Sequence record: NC_019708.1
Origin: Enterobacteria phage mEp235
Strand: one strand, 5' to 3'
Length of the DNA: 37,595 nt
A program made the position numbers and the translations under genes. The notes below the pieces were generated by a model. That model did not search any database, was not told where the DNA came from, and saw only the letters and a program-made list of their open reading frames with translations. Below are positions 1 through 8,958 of this stretch, piece by piece (position 1 is the stretch's first letter; every line of letters begins with the position of its first letter).

Positions 1-474
1 ATGTCTGGACCACCGAAAACCCCGACCCATCTACGTTTGGTAAGGGGTAACCCATCTAAACGCCCGATCAATGAGAACGAACCAAAACCCCCTTCAGGGG
101 TACCCACAACGCCGAAGCATTTCGACAAGCAGGGGAAATACTGGTTTAAACGGATGGCCGACGAGCTTGATGCTATCGGTGTGATGTCTCAGCTGGACGC
201 CAGAGCCCTTGAGCTGCTGGTTGAGGCTTATACCGAATACCGGCATCACTGCGACACGCTTGAAGTTGAGGGCTACACCTACCGGACCGAAACGCAGAGC
301 GGGGATGTGCTGATCAAGGCTCATCCCGCCGCCATCATGAAAGCTGATGCCTGGAAACGTCTGCGCGCCATGCTTGGTGAGTTCGGCATGACGCCAGCCA
401 GTCGCTCGAAAGTGAATGCAAAAGGCCCTGATGCGGTTGACCCGCTGGCCGAGTTTATGAAAGCGAGGGATTAA
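1..474 (+). CDS. terminase small subunit (P27-like family)
   Basis: 157-aa ORF directly upstream of and overlapping (TAATG) the large terminase; basic N-terminus typical of P27-family TerS; SD aggag lies at window end 37582-37586. Confidence 0.75.
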   Translation: MSGPPKTPTHLRLVRGNPSKRPINENEPKPPSGVPTTPKHFDKQGKYWFKRMADELDAIGVMSQLDARALELLVEAYTEYRHHCDTLEVEGYTYRTETQSGDVLIKAHPAAIMKADAWKRLRAMLGEFGMTPASRSKVNAKGPDAVDPLAEFMKARD

Positions 475-2210
475 TGGCTAAGGTTGCAGAAGGCATCCGC
501 TACGCCGAGAGGGTGGTGGCGGGGGAAATTATTGCCTGTGAGTATGTGCGCCTTGCCTGTCAGCGTTTCCTTGACGATCTGGCACACGGCGAAGAGCGCG
601 GTATTTTCTTCAGTGAGCCGCGCGCACAGCACATTCTGAATTTCTATAATTTTGTGCCTCACGTAAAAGGCGCGCTGGCAGGACAGCCTATTGAGCTGAT
701 GGACTGGCACGTTTTCATCCTGATTAATATTTTTGGTTTCGTTATCCCGCTGGTTAACGAAGAAACGGGAGAAACCGTCCTGCGTAATGACGGCAGCGGT
801 CGTCCAGTAATGGTTAGGCGCTTTCGTACAGCAGATGTTGAGGTAGCCCGTAAAAATGCCAAATCAACGCTTTGCTCCGGCGTGGGGCTTTATATGGCTG
901 GCGCCGACGGCGAGGGCGGTGCTGAGGTTTATTCCGCTGCAACCACCCGTGACCAGGCTCGAATTGTTTTTGAAGACGCGAAGAATATGGTCAAAAAGGC
1001 GAAAGCCACGCTTGGGCGGATCTTCGAATTCAACAAGCTCGCTATCTACCAGGAGCAAACGGCCTCCAAGTTCGAGCCATTATCATCAGATGCGAACAAC
1101 CTCGATGGTCTGAACATCCACTGCGCTATCGTAGACGAGCTGCATGCTCACAAAACCCGTGACGTCTGGGACGTTCTGGAGACGGCAACCGGTGCGCGTC
1201 TGCAATCGCTGCTTTTCGGTATCACCACCGCCGGTTTCAACAAAGAAGGCATCTGCTACGAATTGCGTGATTACGCCATCAAGGTGCTGCGTGGGCTGGT
1301 AAAAGACGATACGTTTTTTGCCATTATCTACACCTTAGATGAAGGTGACGATCCCTTTGATGAAAAAGTCTGGCAGAAGGCGAATCCGGGGCTGGGTATC
1401 TGTAAGCGCTGGGATGACCTGCGCCGCCTGGCTAAAAAGGCGAAAGAGCAAGTTTCGGCCAGAATTAACTTTTTCACCAAGCACATGAATATCTGGGTTA
1501 CCGCTGAGTCAGCCTGGATGGACATGATGAAATGGGAGAAATGTGAGTTTATCGCCCCGCAGCACGAACTTAAAACCTATCCCTCCTGGGTGGGCGTTGA
1601 CCTGTCAAACAAAATTGATATCTGTGCGGCCGCTAAAGTCTGGCGGGCGCCAGATGGCCACGTTCATGCGGATTTCAAATTCTGGCTACCGGAAGGACGC
1701 CTTGAGAAATGTTCACGCCAGATGGCAGAGCTCTATCGTAAGTGGGCCGGGATGGACAAGCTGATCCTTACCGACGGTGATGTAATCGACCATGCTCAGA
1801 TTAAGGAAGAGCTACAGCTGTGGGTTGCTGGCGAGAGCCTGAAAGAAATTGGCTTCGACCCGTGGAGTGCGACGCAGTTCAGCCTTGCGCTGGCAGAAGA
1901 AGGGTTGCCGCTGGTGGAAGTGCCGCAGACGGTTCGCAATTTCTCTGAGGCGATGAAAGAGGTCGAAGCGCTGGTATACGGTGGCCGCTTCCATCACAGC
2001 GATCACCCGGTGATGAACTGGATGATGTCCAACGTAACCGTCAAACCTGACCGGAACGAGAACATTTTCCCGAATAAGTCCACACCAGAGGCCAAAATTG
2101 ATGGCCCTGCGGCCTTGTTCACAGCAATGAGCCGCGTTCTGGTTAACGGTGGCAACGACCAGCAGGATCTCTCCGGATTCTTCAATAATCCCATCATGGT
2201 AGGTTTCTGA
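474..2210 (+). CDS. terminase large subunit
   Basis: 578-aa ORF, ATPase plus nuclease architecture, position between TerS and portal. Confidence 0.9.
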   Translation: MAKVAEGIRYAERVVAGEIIACEYVRLACQRFLDDLAHGEERGIFFSEPRAQHILNFYNFVPHVKGALAGQPIELMDWHVFILINIFGFVIPLVNEETGETVLRNDGSGRPVMVRRFRTADVEVARKNAKSTLCSGVGLYMAGADGEGGAEVYSAATTRDQARIVFEDAKNMVKKAKATLGRIFEFNKLAIYQEQTASKFEPLSSDANNLDGLNIHCAIVDELHAHKTRDVWDVLETATGARLQSLLFGITTAGFNKEGICYELRDYAIKVLRGLVKDDTFFAIIYTLDEGDDPFDEKVWQKANPGLGICKRWDDLRRLAKKAKEQVSARINFFTKHMNIWVTAESAWMDMMKWEKCEFIAPQHELKTYPSWVGVDLSNKIDICAAAKVWRAPDGHVHADFKFWLPEGRLEKCSRQMAELYRKWAGMDKLILTDGDVIDHAQIKEELQLWVAGESLKEIGFDPWSATQFSLALAEEGLPLVEVPQTVRNFSEAMKEVEALVYGGRFHHSDHPVMNWMMSNVTVKPDRNENIFPNKSTPEAKIDGPAALFTAMSRVLVNGGNDQQDLSGFFNNPIMVGF

Positions 2211-3514
2211 TGAAAAAAAACAAACAGCCAGGCAGGGTGAAAAGCGCTCTGCTTAACTGGCTTGGTGTGCCTATCAGCCTGACTACCGGCACGTTCTGGG
2301 AGGAATGGTTTGGTACCAGCAGCAGCGGAAAGGTGGTCACGGCCGATAAAGCCATCCAGCTATCGGCTGTATGGGCATGCGTAAGGCTGTTAAGCGAGTC
2401 TATTTCAACCCTTCCGCTGAAAATATACGTTCGACAGCCTGACGGTTCGCGTAAAGCGGCAACAGATCATCCGGCTTATTCGATACTGTGCCGCCGACCC
2501 AATTCAGAAATGACACCATCACGCTTTATGTTGATGGTGGTCGCCAGTATTTGCCTACGCGGTAATGCCTTTGTCGAGAAGCTGTTTATCGGCAATAAGC
2601 TGGTTTCTCTGGTGCCATTGATGCCCCAGAACATGGTAGTAAAGCGGCTGGATACCGGGAGGCTGGAATACACCTACACCGAGGACGGCAAAAAACGAGT
2701 TATTCCCGAAAAGAACCTGATGCACATCCGGGGATTTGGCCTTGATGGTGTCTGCGGCATGATGCCAATGATGACAGGTCGTGACGTGATCGGCGCGGCG
2801 ATGGCCGTCGAAGAATCCGCTGCAAAGATTTTCGAAAATGGCCTGCAAAGCTCCGGGTTTCTTTCAGCTGACGTGGCGCTTGATAAGGATCAAAGAGAGC
2901 GACTTCGGGGCTATATGCAGGCCTTTACCGGTTCTAAAAACGCCGGAAAAATTATGGTTCTTGAGGGCGGGCTGAAATATCAGAACGTCACTATGAACCC
3001 GGAAGCAGCGCAGATGCTTGAGTCGCGGTCGTTCAGCATCGAGGAAATCTGCAGATGGTTCCGCGTACCGCCATTTATGGTCGGCCACACATCGAAACAG
3101 AGCAGCTGGGCATCGAGTCTTGAGGGTATGAACCTCCAGTTCCTGACGCACACCCTGCGCCCCCTGCTGGTGAACATAGAGCAGGAAATAGGACGGTGCC
3201 TGCTGGACAGCGATGATGAGGTTTTCGCGGAGTTCTCTGTAGAAGGACTGCTGCGCGCCGACAGCGCGGGCCGTGCTGCGTACTATACCAGTGCGCTCCA
3301 GAATGGGTGGATGTCCCGCAATGACGTGCGCCGTCTTGAGAATATGCCACCGATTGAAGGGGGTGACATTTACACCGTTCAGCTCAACCTGACGCAACTG
3401 AAAAATCTCGAAAGCAGCAATCCTGCTGTTCAGGCTCTGGCCCTGAGAGAACTGCATAACCACGTATTCCCCGATATTTCCTTTGAACAATCTCCGCTGA
3501 AACAGGCCGCTTAG
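2210..3514 (+). CDS. portal protein (HK97-family)
   Basis: 434-aa ORF, start overlaps terL stop (ATGA), gene order terL-portal-protease-capsid. Confidence 0.85.
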   Translation: MKKNKQPGRVKSALLNWLGVPISLTTGTFWEEWFGTSSSGKVVTADKAIQLSAVWACVRLLSESISTLPLKIYVRQPDGSRKAATDHPAYSILCRRPNSEMTPSRFMLMVVASICLRGNAFVEKLFIGNKLVSLVPLMPQNMVVKRLDTGRLEYTYTEDGKKRVIPEKNLMHIRGFGLDGVCGMMPMMTGRDVIGAAMAVEESAAKIFENGLQSSGFLSADVALDKDQRERLRGYMQAFTGSKNAGKIMVLEGGLKYQNVTMNPEAAQMLESRSFSIEEICRWFRVPPFMVGHTSKQSSWASSLEGMNLQFLTHTLRPLLVNIEQEIGRCLLDSDDEVFAEFSVEGLLRADSAGRAAYYTSALQNGWMSRNDVRRLENMPPIEGGDIYTVQLNLTQLKNLESSNPAVQALALRELHNHVFPDISFEQSPLKQAA

Positions 3515-3527
3515 GAGCACTTTCCTG

Positions 3528-4382
3528 ATGAGCAAAAAACAACTTCCGGTAGCACCGGCGGGTCGCCCCTGCGCGCGCGTTACCTGTGAACCATTACCGT
3601 CCGCACTGGACCGCTGGGACGGCGGGATCAAAGCTGCGGCCACCGACGACAACAGTATTTCTGTTTTTGATGTGATCGGGCAGGACTACTGGGGTGAAGG
3701 CGTAACAGCCAAACGTATCGCCGGTGCGCTTCGGGCGATGAATGGCGCCGACGTCACGGTCAATATTAACTCCCCTGGCGGGGACATGTTCGAAGGCCTG
3801 GCCATCTACAACCTTCTGCGTGAATACGAAGGCCGTGTGACTGTGAAGGTGCTCGGTATTGCCGCCAGCGCCGCCTCGGTCATTGCGATGGCCGGGGATG
3901 AAATTCAGATCGGCCGTGGTGCCTTCCTGATGATCCACAACTGCTGGGTCTACGCGATGGGTAACCGCCATGACTTTGCGGAACTGGCACAGTCTCTTGA
4001 GCCGTTCGATACCGCTATGGCAGACATCTACGCGGCGCGTTCCGGCCTTGATATGGCAGCCGTTCAGAAACTGATGGACGCCGAGAGTTATATCGGTGGC
4101 AGTGACGCTGTGGCGAAGGGACTGGCAGACAGCCTGCTTTCTGCTGATGCAGTCAGTGATGGCGATGAATCACCTGCGGCCGCGATTCGCAAACTTGATG
4201 CGCTGCTGGCTAAAACCAACACCCCGCGCTCTGAGCGCAGAAAACTCATTAAAGCCTTATCCGGGAGCAAGCCAGGCGCTGCTTCTGACCAAAAAGGCAC
4301 GCCGAGCGCTGCCACCATCGAAAACGAAACCATTGACCGACTGGAAGCCGCACTCAGCGGCCTGAAAGCGGCTGCCCAGTAA
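3528..4382 (+). CDS. head maturation protease, ClpP-like serine protease
   Basis: 284-aa ORF with ClpP-like core (NSPGGDMFEGLAIYN, GIAASAAS) and Ala-rich C-terminal tail. Confidence 0.8.
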   Translation: MSKKQLPVAPAGRPCARVTCEPLPSALDRWDGGIKAAATDDNSISVFDVIGQDYWGEGVTAKRIAGALRAMNGADVTVNINSPGGDMFEGLAIYNLLREYEGRVTVKVLGIAASAASVIAMAGDEIQIGRGAFLMIHNCWVYAMGNRHDFAELAQSLEPFDTAMADIYAARSGLDMAAVQKLMDAESYIGGSDAVAKGLADSLLSADAVSDGDESPAAAIRKLDALLAKTNTPRSERRKLIKALSGSKPGAASDQKGTPSAATIENETIDRLEAALSGLKAAAQ

Positions 4383-4394
4383 AACGGAGATATT

Positions 4395-5615
4395 ATGTCT
4401 GATGTAAATGAGATCCTGAAAAAAGTCAGCGCCAGCATTGAAGAGGCGACCGGAAAATTCAACGCGAAAGCAGAAGACGCACTCAAAGAGGCGCAGAAGT
4501 CAGGCAGGCTGTCAGAAGAAACAAAAGCTGCCGTTGATAAAATGGCTTCTGAGTTCAATGCGCTGCGTGAAGCTGAAAAAACCCTGAAGGCCGCAATGGG
4601 CGAACTGGAGCAACATGTTGCCCAGATGCCACTGGCCAACGCTGCAAATGTGATCGAGACCGTTGGCCAGACAGTCATCAGCAGCGAAGCACTGAAAGCA
4701 TTCGCGGCAAGCGTGGAAGGCGGTAAGCGCGTCAGCGTACCGGTGAACGCCGCGCTTATTTCCACGGATGTCGTCACCGGCGTGGTTGAACCGCAGCGTC
4801 TGCCGGGTATCGACACCGCACCGAAACAGCGCCTTTTCATCCGCGATCTGATCGCGCCTGGCCGCACCTCAGCACCGGCCATCTTCTGGGTGCAGCAAAC
4901 CGGCTTCACCAATGCGGCGAAAGTTGTGCCGGAAGGCACCGCCAAGCCGTACAGCGATATCCAGTTCGCCACGCAGATCACGCCGGTCACCACCATCGCG
5001 CACATGTTCAAGGCGTCCAAACAGATTCTGGATGACTTCGCGCAGCTGCAGTCCACTATCGACGCCGAGATGCGTTACGGACTGAAGTATGTGGAAGAAC
5101 AGGAAATTCTCTTTGGCGACGGTACCGGTGCGCACCTGAAAGGCATCGTTCCGCAGGCCTCGGCATACGAGGCTGCGTTCGCCGTAGAACAACAGAACGG
5201 CATCGACGATCTGCGCCTCGCAATGCTGCAGGCTCAGCTGGCACGCTTCCCGGCTTCCGGCCACGTCCTGCACTTCATCGACTGGGCGAAGATTGAACTC
5301 ACCAAAGACACGCTGGGCCGCTATATCCTGGCGAACCCAGCGGCCCTGACTGGCCCTACCCTTTGGGGCCTGCCGGTGGTAGCAACCGAAGCCGCAGCAT
5401 TCCAGGGCAAGTTCCTGACCGGTGCATTCAACGCTGCGGCACAGCTGTTTGACCGTGAAGACGCCAACGTGGTGATCTCCACTGAGAACGCCGACGACTT
5501 TGAGAAAAACATGATCTCGATTCGCTGTGAAGAGCGTCTGGCCCTGGCGGTGAAACGCCCTGAGGCGTTCATCTACGGCTCCTTCACTGCGCCTTCAGCA
5601 GGTGGCGGCGCGTAA
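4395..5615 (+). CDS. major capsid protein, HK97 fold with N-terminal coiled-coil delta domain
   Basis: 406-aa ORF after protease; N-terminal ~100 aa helical and charged, as in HK97-type delta domains. Confidence 0.85.
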   Translation: MSDVNEILKKVSASIEEATGKFNAKAEDALKEAQKSGRLSEETKAAVDKMASEFNALREAEKTLKAAMGELEQHVAQMPLANAANVIETVGQTVISSEALKAFAASVEGGKRVSVPVNAALISTDVVTGVVEPQRLPGIDTAPKQRLFIRDLIAPGRTSAPAIFWVQQTGFTNAAKVVPEGTAKPYSDIQFATQITPVTTIAHMFKASKQILDDFAQLQSTIDAEMRYGLKYVEEQEILFGDGTGAHLKGIVPQASAYEAAFAVEQQNGIDDLRLAMLQAQLARFPASGHVLHFIDWAKIELTKDTLGRYILANPAALTGPTLWGLPVVATEAAAFQGKFLTGAFNAAAQLFDREDANVVISTENADDFEKNMISIRCEERLALAVKRPEAFIYGSFTAPSAGGGA

Positions 5616-5624
5616 TCCTTAACG

Positions 5625-5656
5625 GCGGCCTGCGGGCCGCTTTTCTTTTTTTCTTT
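5625..5656 (+). terminator. intrinsic terminator just after capsid gene
   Basis: GCGGCC-TGCG-GGCCGC hairpin followed by TTTTCTTTTTTTCTTT. Confidence 0.6.
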
Positions 5657-5668
5657 AAGGAGAAAGTC

Positions 5669-5869
5669 ATGAAGCTGATTGCTATCAAGCCCATCTACTT
5701 TGAAGGCAACGTGCTTACTGAAGGTACTGAGTTCGAAACGCTGGAACAGCATGGTCGCGAGCTCATCAAAAAAGGCTATGCGATGCTCGATGAATCAGAA
5801 AATCCTGCAACGCAGGAACACCAGCAGAAACAGCCGGAATTAAAAGCGGAAAATAAGGCGAAAAAATAA
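5669..5869 (+). CDS. hypothetical small acidic protein (head module)
   Basis: 66-aa ORF with SD aaggag, between capsid terminator and connector gene. Confidence 0.5.
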   Translation: MKLIAIKPIYFEGNVLTEGTEFETLEQHGRELIKKGYAMLDESENPATQEHQQKQPELKAENKAKK

Positions 5870-6195
5870 TGGTCGATCTTGATGTGGTGAAACAGCACTG
5901 CCGCATTGATACCGATTTTTCCGGAGACGATGCCCTGCTGACTTTATACACCGGCGCGGCGGAGCGTTACGTCCAGACATGGACAAGGCGAACGCTCTAT
6001 GAAAACCAAAACTCCCATGGCTACGCAGACGACCCGGACCCGATTCTACTGAATGATGATGTTAAAGCGGCCATGTTATTGCTGATAGGTCACTGGTATG
6101 CCAACAGAGAATCAGTTGCCGTCGGTCAGACCGTTGCAGAGGTCCCGTTTGCAGTTGAAGCGTTGCTGCAGCCGTATCGAATTTACGGGGTGTAA
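5869..6195 (+). CDS. head-tail connector (gp6-like)
   Basis: 108-aa ORF, overlapping start, position and size typical of HK97-like head-tail connector. Confidence 0.6.
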   Translation: MVDLDVVKQHCRIDTDFSGDDALLTLYTGAAERYVQTWTRRTLYENQNSHGYADDPDPILLNDDVKAAMLLLIGHWYANRESVAVGQTVAEVPFAVEALLQPYRIYGV

Positions 6196-6258
6196 TTATG
6201 TCTTGTTCTGGATGCGCGCAACGGCGCGAGTGGATAAAAAAGTGGGCAAAAATAGCTT

Positions 6259-6456
6259 ATGAACGAGCAACTGGTAAACGAACTGATAGCAGTGATACGG
6301 GAACAAATCACAGCGCAGAGGGAGCAGACGGAAGCGATAAGCCGTCTGGCTGAATCAAATATGGCGCTTTGCGATATCATTATCCAGTCGCTGGCTGGTG
6401 AACTAGATGAAACTGCAGAGCAACAAACCTATCTGAGCGGTAAACCCAGGGGGTAA
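6259..6456 (+). CDS. hypothetical small protein
   Basis: 65-aa helical ORF; an alternative 49-aa ORF in another frame starts at 6198, so the call is uncertain. Confidence 0.35.
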   Translation: MNEQLVNELIAVIREQITAQREQTEAISRLAESNMALCDIIIQSLAGELDETAEQQTYLSGKPRG

Positions 6457-6457
6457 C

Positions 6458-6790
6458 ATGCAGGCCGGGAAATTGCGCCACAGGATTACTCTGCAGGAGC
6501 CAGTAAAAGTGCAGAACCCGACAACGGGAGCCGTAATTAATACCTGGCGAGATGTTGCGACTGTCTGGGCCGAAGTTTCACCATTGTCAGCACGTGAATT
6601 TATTGCTGCGCAGGCTTCTCAGGGTGAAATAACCACCCGTATTGTTATTCGCTACCGTGCCGGAGTTACCAGAAAACATCGCATCTTGTTTCGTGGTGCT
6701 GTGTATAACATCCATGGTGTTCTGCCCGATCCAAAAAGCGGACGTGAATACCTGACGCTTCCCTGTTCTGAGGGTGTTAATGATGGCTGA
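6458..6790 (+). CDS. head closure / head-tail adaptor protein
   Basis: 110-aa ORF in conserved position of HK97-like head-tail joining genes. Confidence 0.6.
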   Translation: MQAGKLRHRITLQEPVKVQNPTTGAVINTWRDVATVWAEVSPLSAREFIAAQASQGEITTRIVIRYRAGVTRKHRILFRGAVYNIHGVLPDPKSGREYLTLPCSEGVNDG

Positions 6791-7322
6791 TAGTGTTGAG
6801 GTAAGTCTTACCGGGCTTGAATCACTTCTTGGGAAAATGGAGGCCGTATCAGAAGTCACCCGTAATAAAGCCGGTCGGTTTGCATTGCGTAAGGCGGCAA
6901 ACATTATAAGGGATCGGGCCAGAAGCAACGCGTCACGAGTTGATGATCCTCTGACTAAAGAAGCAATCCACAAAAATATCGTCGCCAGCTTCAGCAGCAA
7001 GCAATTCCGCAGGACAGGTGATCTGGCATTCCGTGTCGGGGTAATGGGCGGTGCCAGGCAGTATGCAAATACAAAGGCAAACGTCAGAAAAGGCAGAGCG
7101 GGTAAAACATACAAAACCTCAGGAGATAAAGGCAATCCAGGAGGAGATACCTGGTACTGGCGTTTTCTTGAGTTTGGTACTGAGCACACATCAGCGCGGC
7201 CTATCCTCCGACCTGCAATGAACGGCGTAGATAATGACGTGATTAATGTTTTTTCTACGGAAATGGGAAAGGCTATTGATCGCGCTATCAGGCTGGCCAC
7301 GAAGAAAGGAACCACTGCATGA
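6774..7322 (+). CDS. HK97 gp10-like tail component
   Basis: 182-aa ORF overlapping neighbours, conserved order. Confidence 0.55.
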   Translation: MLMMADSVEVSLTGLESLLGKMEAVSEVTRNKAGRFALRKAANIIRDRARSNASRVDDPLTKEAIHKNIVASFSSKQFRRTGDLAFRVGVMGGARQYANTKANVRKGRAGKTYKTSGDKGNPGGDTWYWRFLEFGTEHTSARPILRPAMNGVDNDVINVFSTEMGKAIDRAIRLATKKGTTA

Positions 7323-7684
7323 TTGCCCCTATTTTTTCTGTTTGCGCGTCGAGTCCTGAAGTCACTGACTTACTCGGAAGCAATCCGGTAAGAATTTATC
7401 CTTTCGGAATTCAGGACGACAACGTGGTCTATCCCTATGTGGTCTGGCAGAACATCACCGGTTCTCCAGAGAACTACATTGCCCAGCGCCCTGACGCAGA
7501 CTTTTTCACGCTGCAGGTGGATGCATATGCCGACACCGTGGATGAAGTGATTGCCGTGGCTACTGCGCTGCGGGATGCCATTGAGCCGCACGCGCATATC
7601 ACGCGCTGGGGCGGACAGGAAAGAGACCCCGAAACAAAACGCTATCGCTACTCATTCGATGTTGACTGGATAGTCACTCGATAA
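7319..7684 (+). CDS. tail completion protein-like
   Basis: 121-aa ORF overlapping the upstream gene, immediately before major tail protein gene. Confidence 0.5.
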   Translation: MIAPIFSVCASSPEVTDLLGSNPVRIYPFGIQDDNVVYPYVVWQNITGSPENYIAQRPDADFFTLQVDAYADTVDEVIAVATALRDAIEPHAHITRWGGQERDPETKRYRYSFDVDWIVTR

Positions 7685-7699
7685 ACGTATTATTCAACC

Positions 7700-7723
7700 A
7701 CCGGCCTTGAGCCGGTTTTTTTA
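7700..7723 (+). terminator. intrinsic terminator upstream of major tail gene
   Basis: ACCGGC-CTTGA-GCCGGT hairpin followed by seven T. Confidence 0.5.
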
Positions 7724-7738
7724 TGACCGGAGATAACA

Positions 7739-8239
7739 ATGTCTGTATTGACGCAAGGTACGCAGCTCTTTGTGCTCGTAAAAGGCAAGGTGAGCGAAGT
7801 TGAATGTATCACTGCATTTTCACCCGGCAGCAATCCGGCTGACCAGATTGAAGACACCTGTCTTTCTGAGCGCTTTGATCGCAGCTATAAGCGTGGTCTT
7901 CGAACGCCTGGCACAGCATCACTGACGCTTAACGCTGATCCTAAAAATACCAGCCACATCATGCTCTACAACCTGTCCATTTCGGACGACGAAAAGGATC
8001 AGGACCTGACCTTCGCGATTGGATGGTCAGACGGAACCGCATCGCCAACTGCGGCTGAAAATGGTACACCAGGTGCAGTCGATGGCCTGGTGCTACCTGA
8101 TAGCCGCACATGGTTCGTATTCAAAGGCTATGTGTCCGACTTCCCGTTTGATTTTGCAGCAAACACGGTTGTTTCTACTTCTGCATCTATCCAGCGCTCC
8201 GGCTCTGCTGTATGGGTGCCAAAAGTCGTGACCCCATAA
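7739..8239 (+). CDS. major tail (tube) protein
   Basis: 166-aa ORF immediately upstream of the chaperone frameshift pair and tape measure. Confidence 0.6.
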   Translation: MSVLTQGTQLFVLVKGKVSEVECITAFSPGSNPADQIEDTCLSERFDRSYKRGLRTPGTASLTLNADPKNTSHIMLYNLSISDDEKDQDLTFAIGWSDGTASPTAAENGTPGAVDGLVLPDSRTWFVFKGYVSDFPFDFAANTVVSTSASIQRSGSAVWVPKVVTP

Positions 8240-8277
8240 AATCAGGGCGGCAACGCCCTTATTAATCAGGATTAATA

Positions 8278-8763
8278 ATGAAATTAACACTTGATGCACT
8301 CAAGGAGTCCGGCGCGTTTACCGGTCGCCCGGTTGAGAAAGAAATCACCTGGACGCAAGGCGATAAAAAAATCACCGCGACCGTGTATGTTCGCCCGATG
8401 GGTTATCACACAGCAACGTCCGATGTGCTGGCTTTTGGTGGTAAGGTCGATGGTGTGGCAGGGCGTATCGCCGCATCCATCTGCGATGAACATGGTAAAC
8501 CCATCTTCACCCCGGCTGACATTACTGGTGAGGCAGATCCTGAACGTGGTGCACTGGATGGCGGCCTGACGGTAGCACTGCTTCTGGCCATTCAGGAAGT
8601 TAACGATCTGGGAAAGACTTCGAGCTCAGCGCCGAAGACGAATTCTGGTGCGAGCTCGTCCTCAACGGAATCGGAGGCAGAACAATCGCCGAAGCGCGGG
8701 AAGTCCTCTCATTCAAAGAGTCCCAACTCTGGGCAAAGTACCGGGAACGATACGGGAGTCTGA
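8278..8763 (+). CDS. tail assembly chaperone (lambda G-like)
   Basis: 161-aa ORF directly before tape measure, contains slippery heptamer. Confidence 0.75.
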   Translation: MKLTLDALKESGAFTGRPVEKEITWTQGDKKITATVYVRPMGYHTATSDVLAFGGKVDGVAGRIAASICDEHGKPIFTPADITGEADPERGALDGGLTVALLLAIQEVNDLGKTSSSAPKTNSGASSSSTESEAEQSPKRGKSSHSKSPNSGQSTGNDTGV

Positions 8764-8939
8764 ACCCTATGTTGCGGGTTGAGTGGGGTGCCGGGCTGGT
8801 GAGCAGCATGATAGCCAACGTTAACAGAGACCCCAAGCGCCCACCATTCAACCCGACCGATTTCACACTTCACTTTACCAAAGTCAAAGCTGCTGATGGA
8901 CCAATCTCGTTAGAGGAAGCCAGAGCCAGCTGGACATAA
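8278..8939 (+). CDS. tail assembly chaperone frameshift product (G-T-like fusion, -1 shift at 8610-8616)
   Basis: -1 frame is open from 8604 to TAA 8937-8939 and reads as plausible protein; slip site G GGA AAG is identical to the lambda G/GT site. Confidence 0.7.
8610..8616 (+). promoter_or_regulatory. programmed -1 ribosomal frameshift slippery heptamer GGGAAAG
   Basis: in-frame as G.GGA.AAG in the chaperone ORF. Confidence 0.7.
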
Positions 8940-8958
8940 TGCCGCCAACGGAGAGTTT

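Noticed and set aside
2864-3652. 262-aa minus-strand ORF antisense to the portal gene
   Set aside because: It overlaps a well-supported portal gene on the opposite strand, with no SD and no recognisable motifs.
4088-5056. 322-aa minus-strand ORF antisense to the protease and capsid genes
   Set aside because: It is antisense to strongly supported structural genes, Ala/Ser-rich and low complexity, typical of GC-rich antisense frames.
6587-7315. 242-aa minus-strand ORF antisense to head-tail joining genes
   Set aside because: Antisense to a compact run of overlapping plus-strand genes; low-complexity composition.
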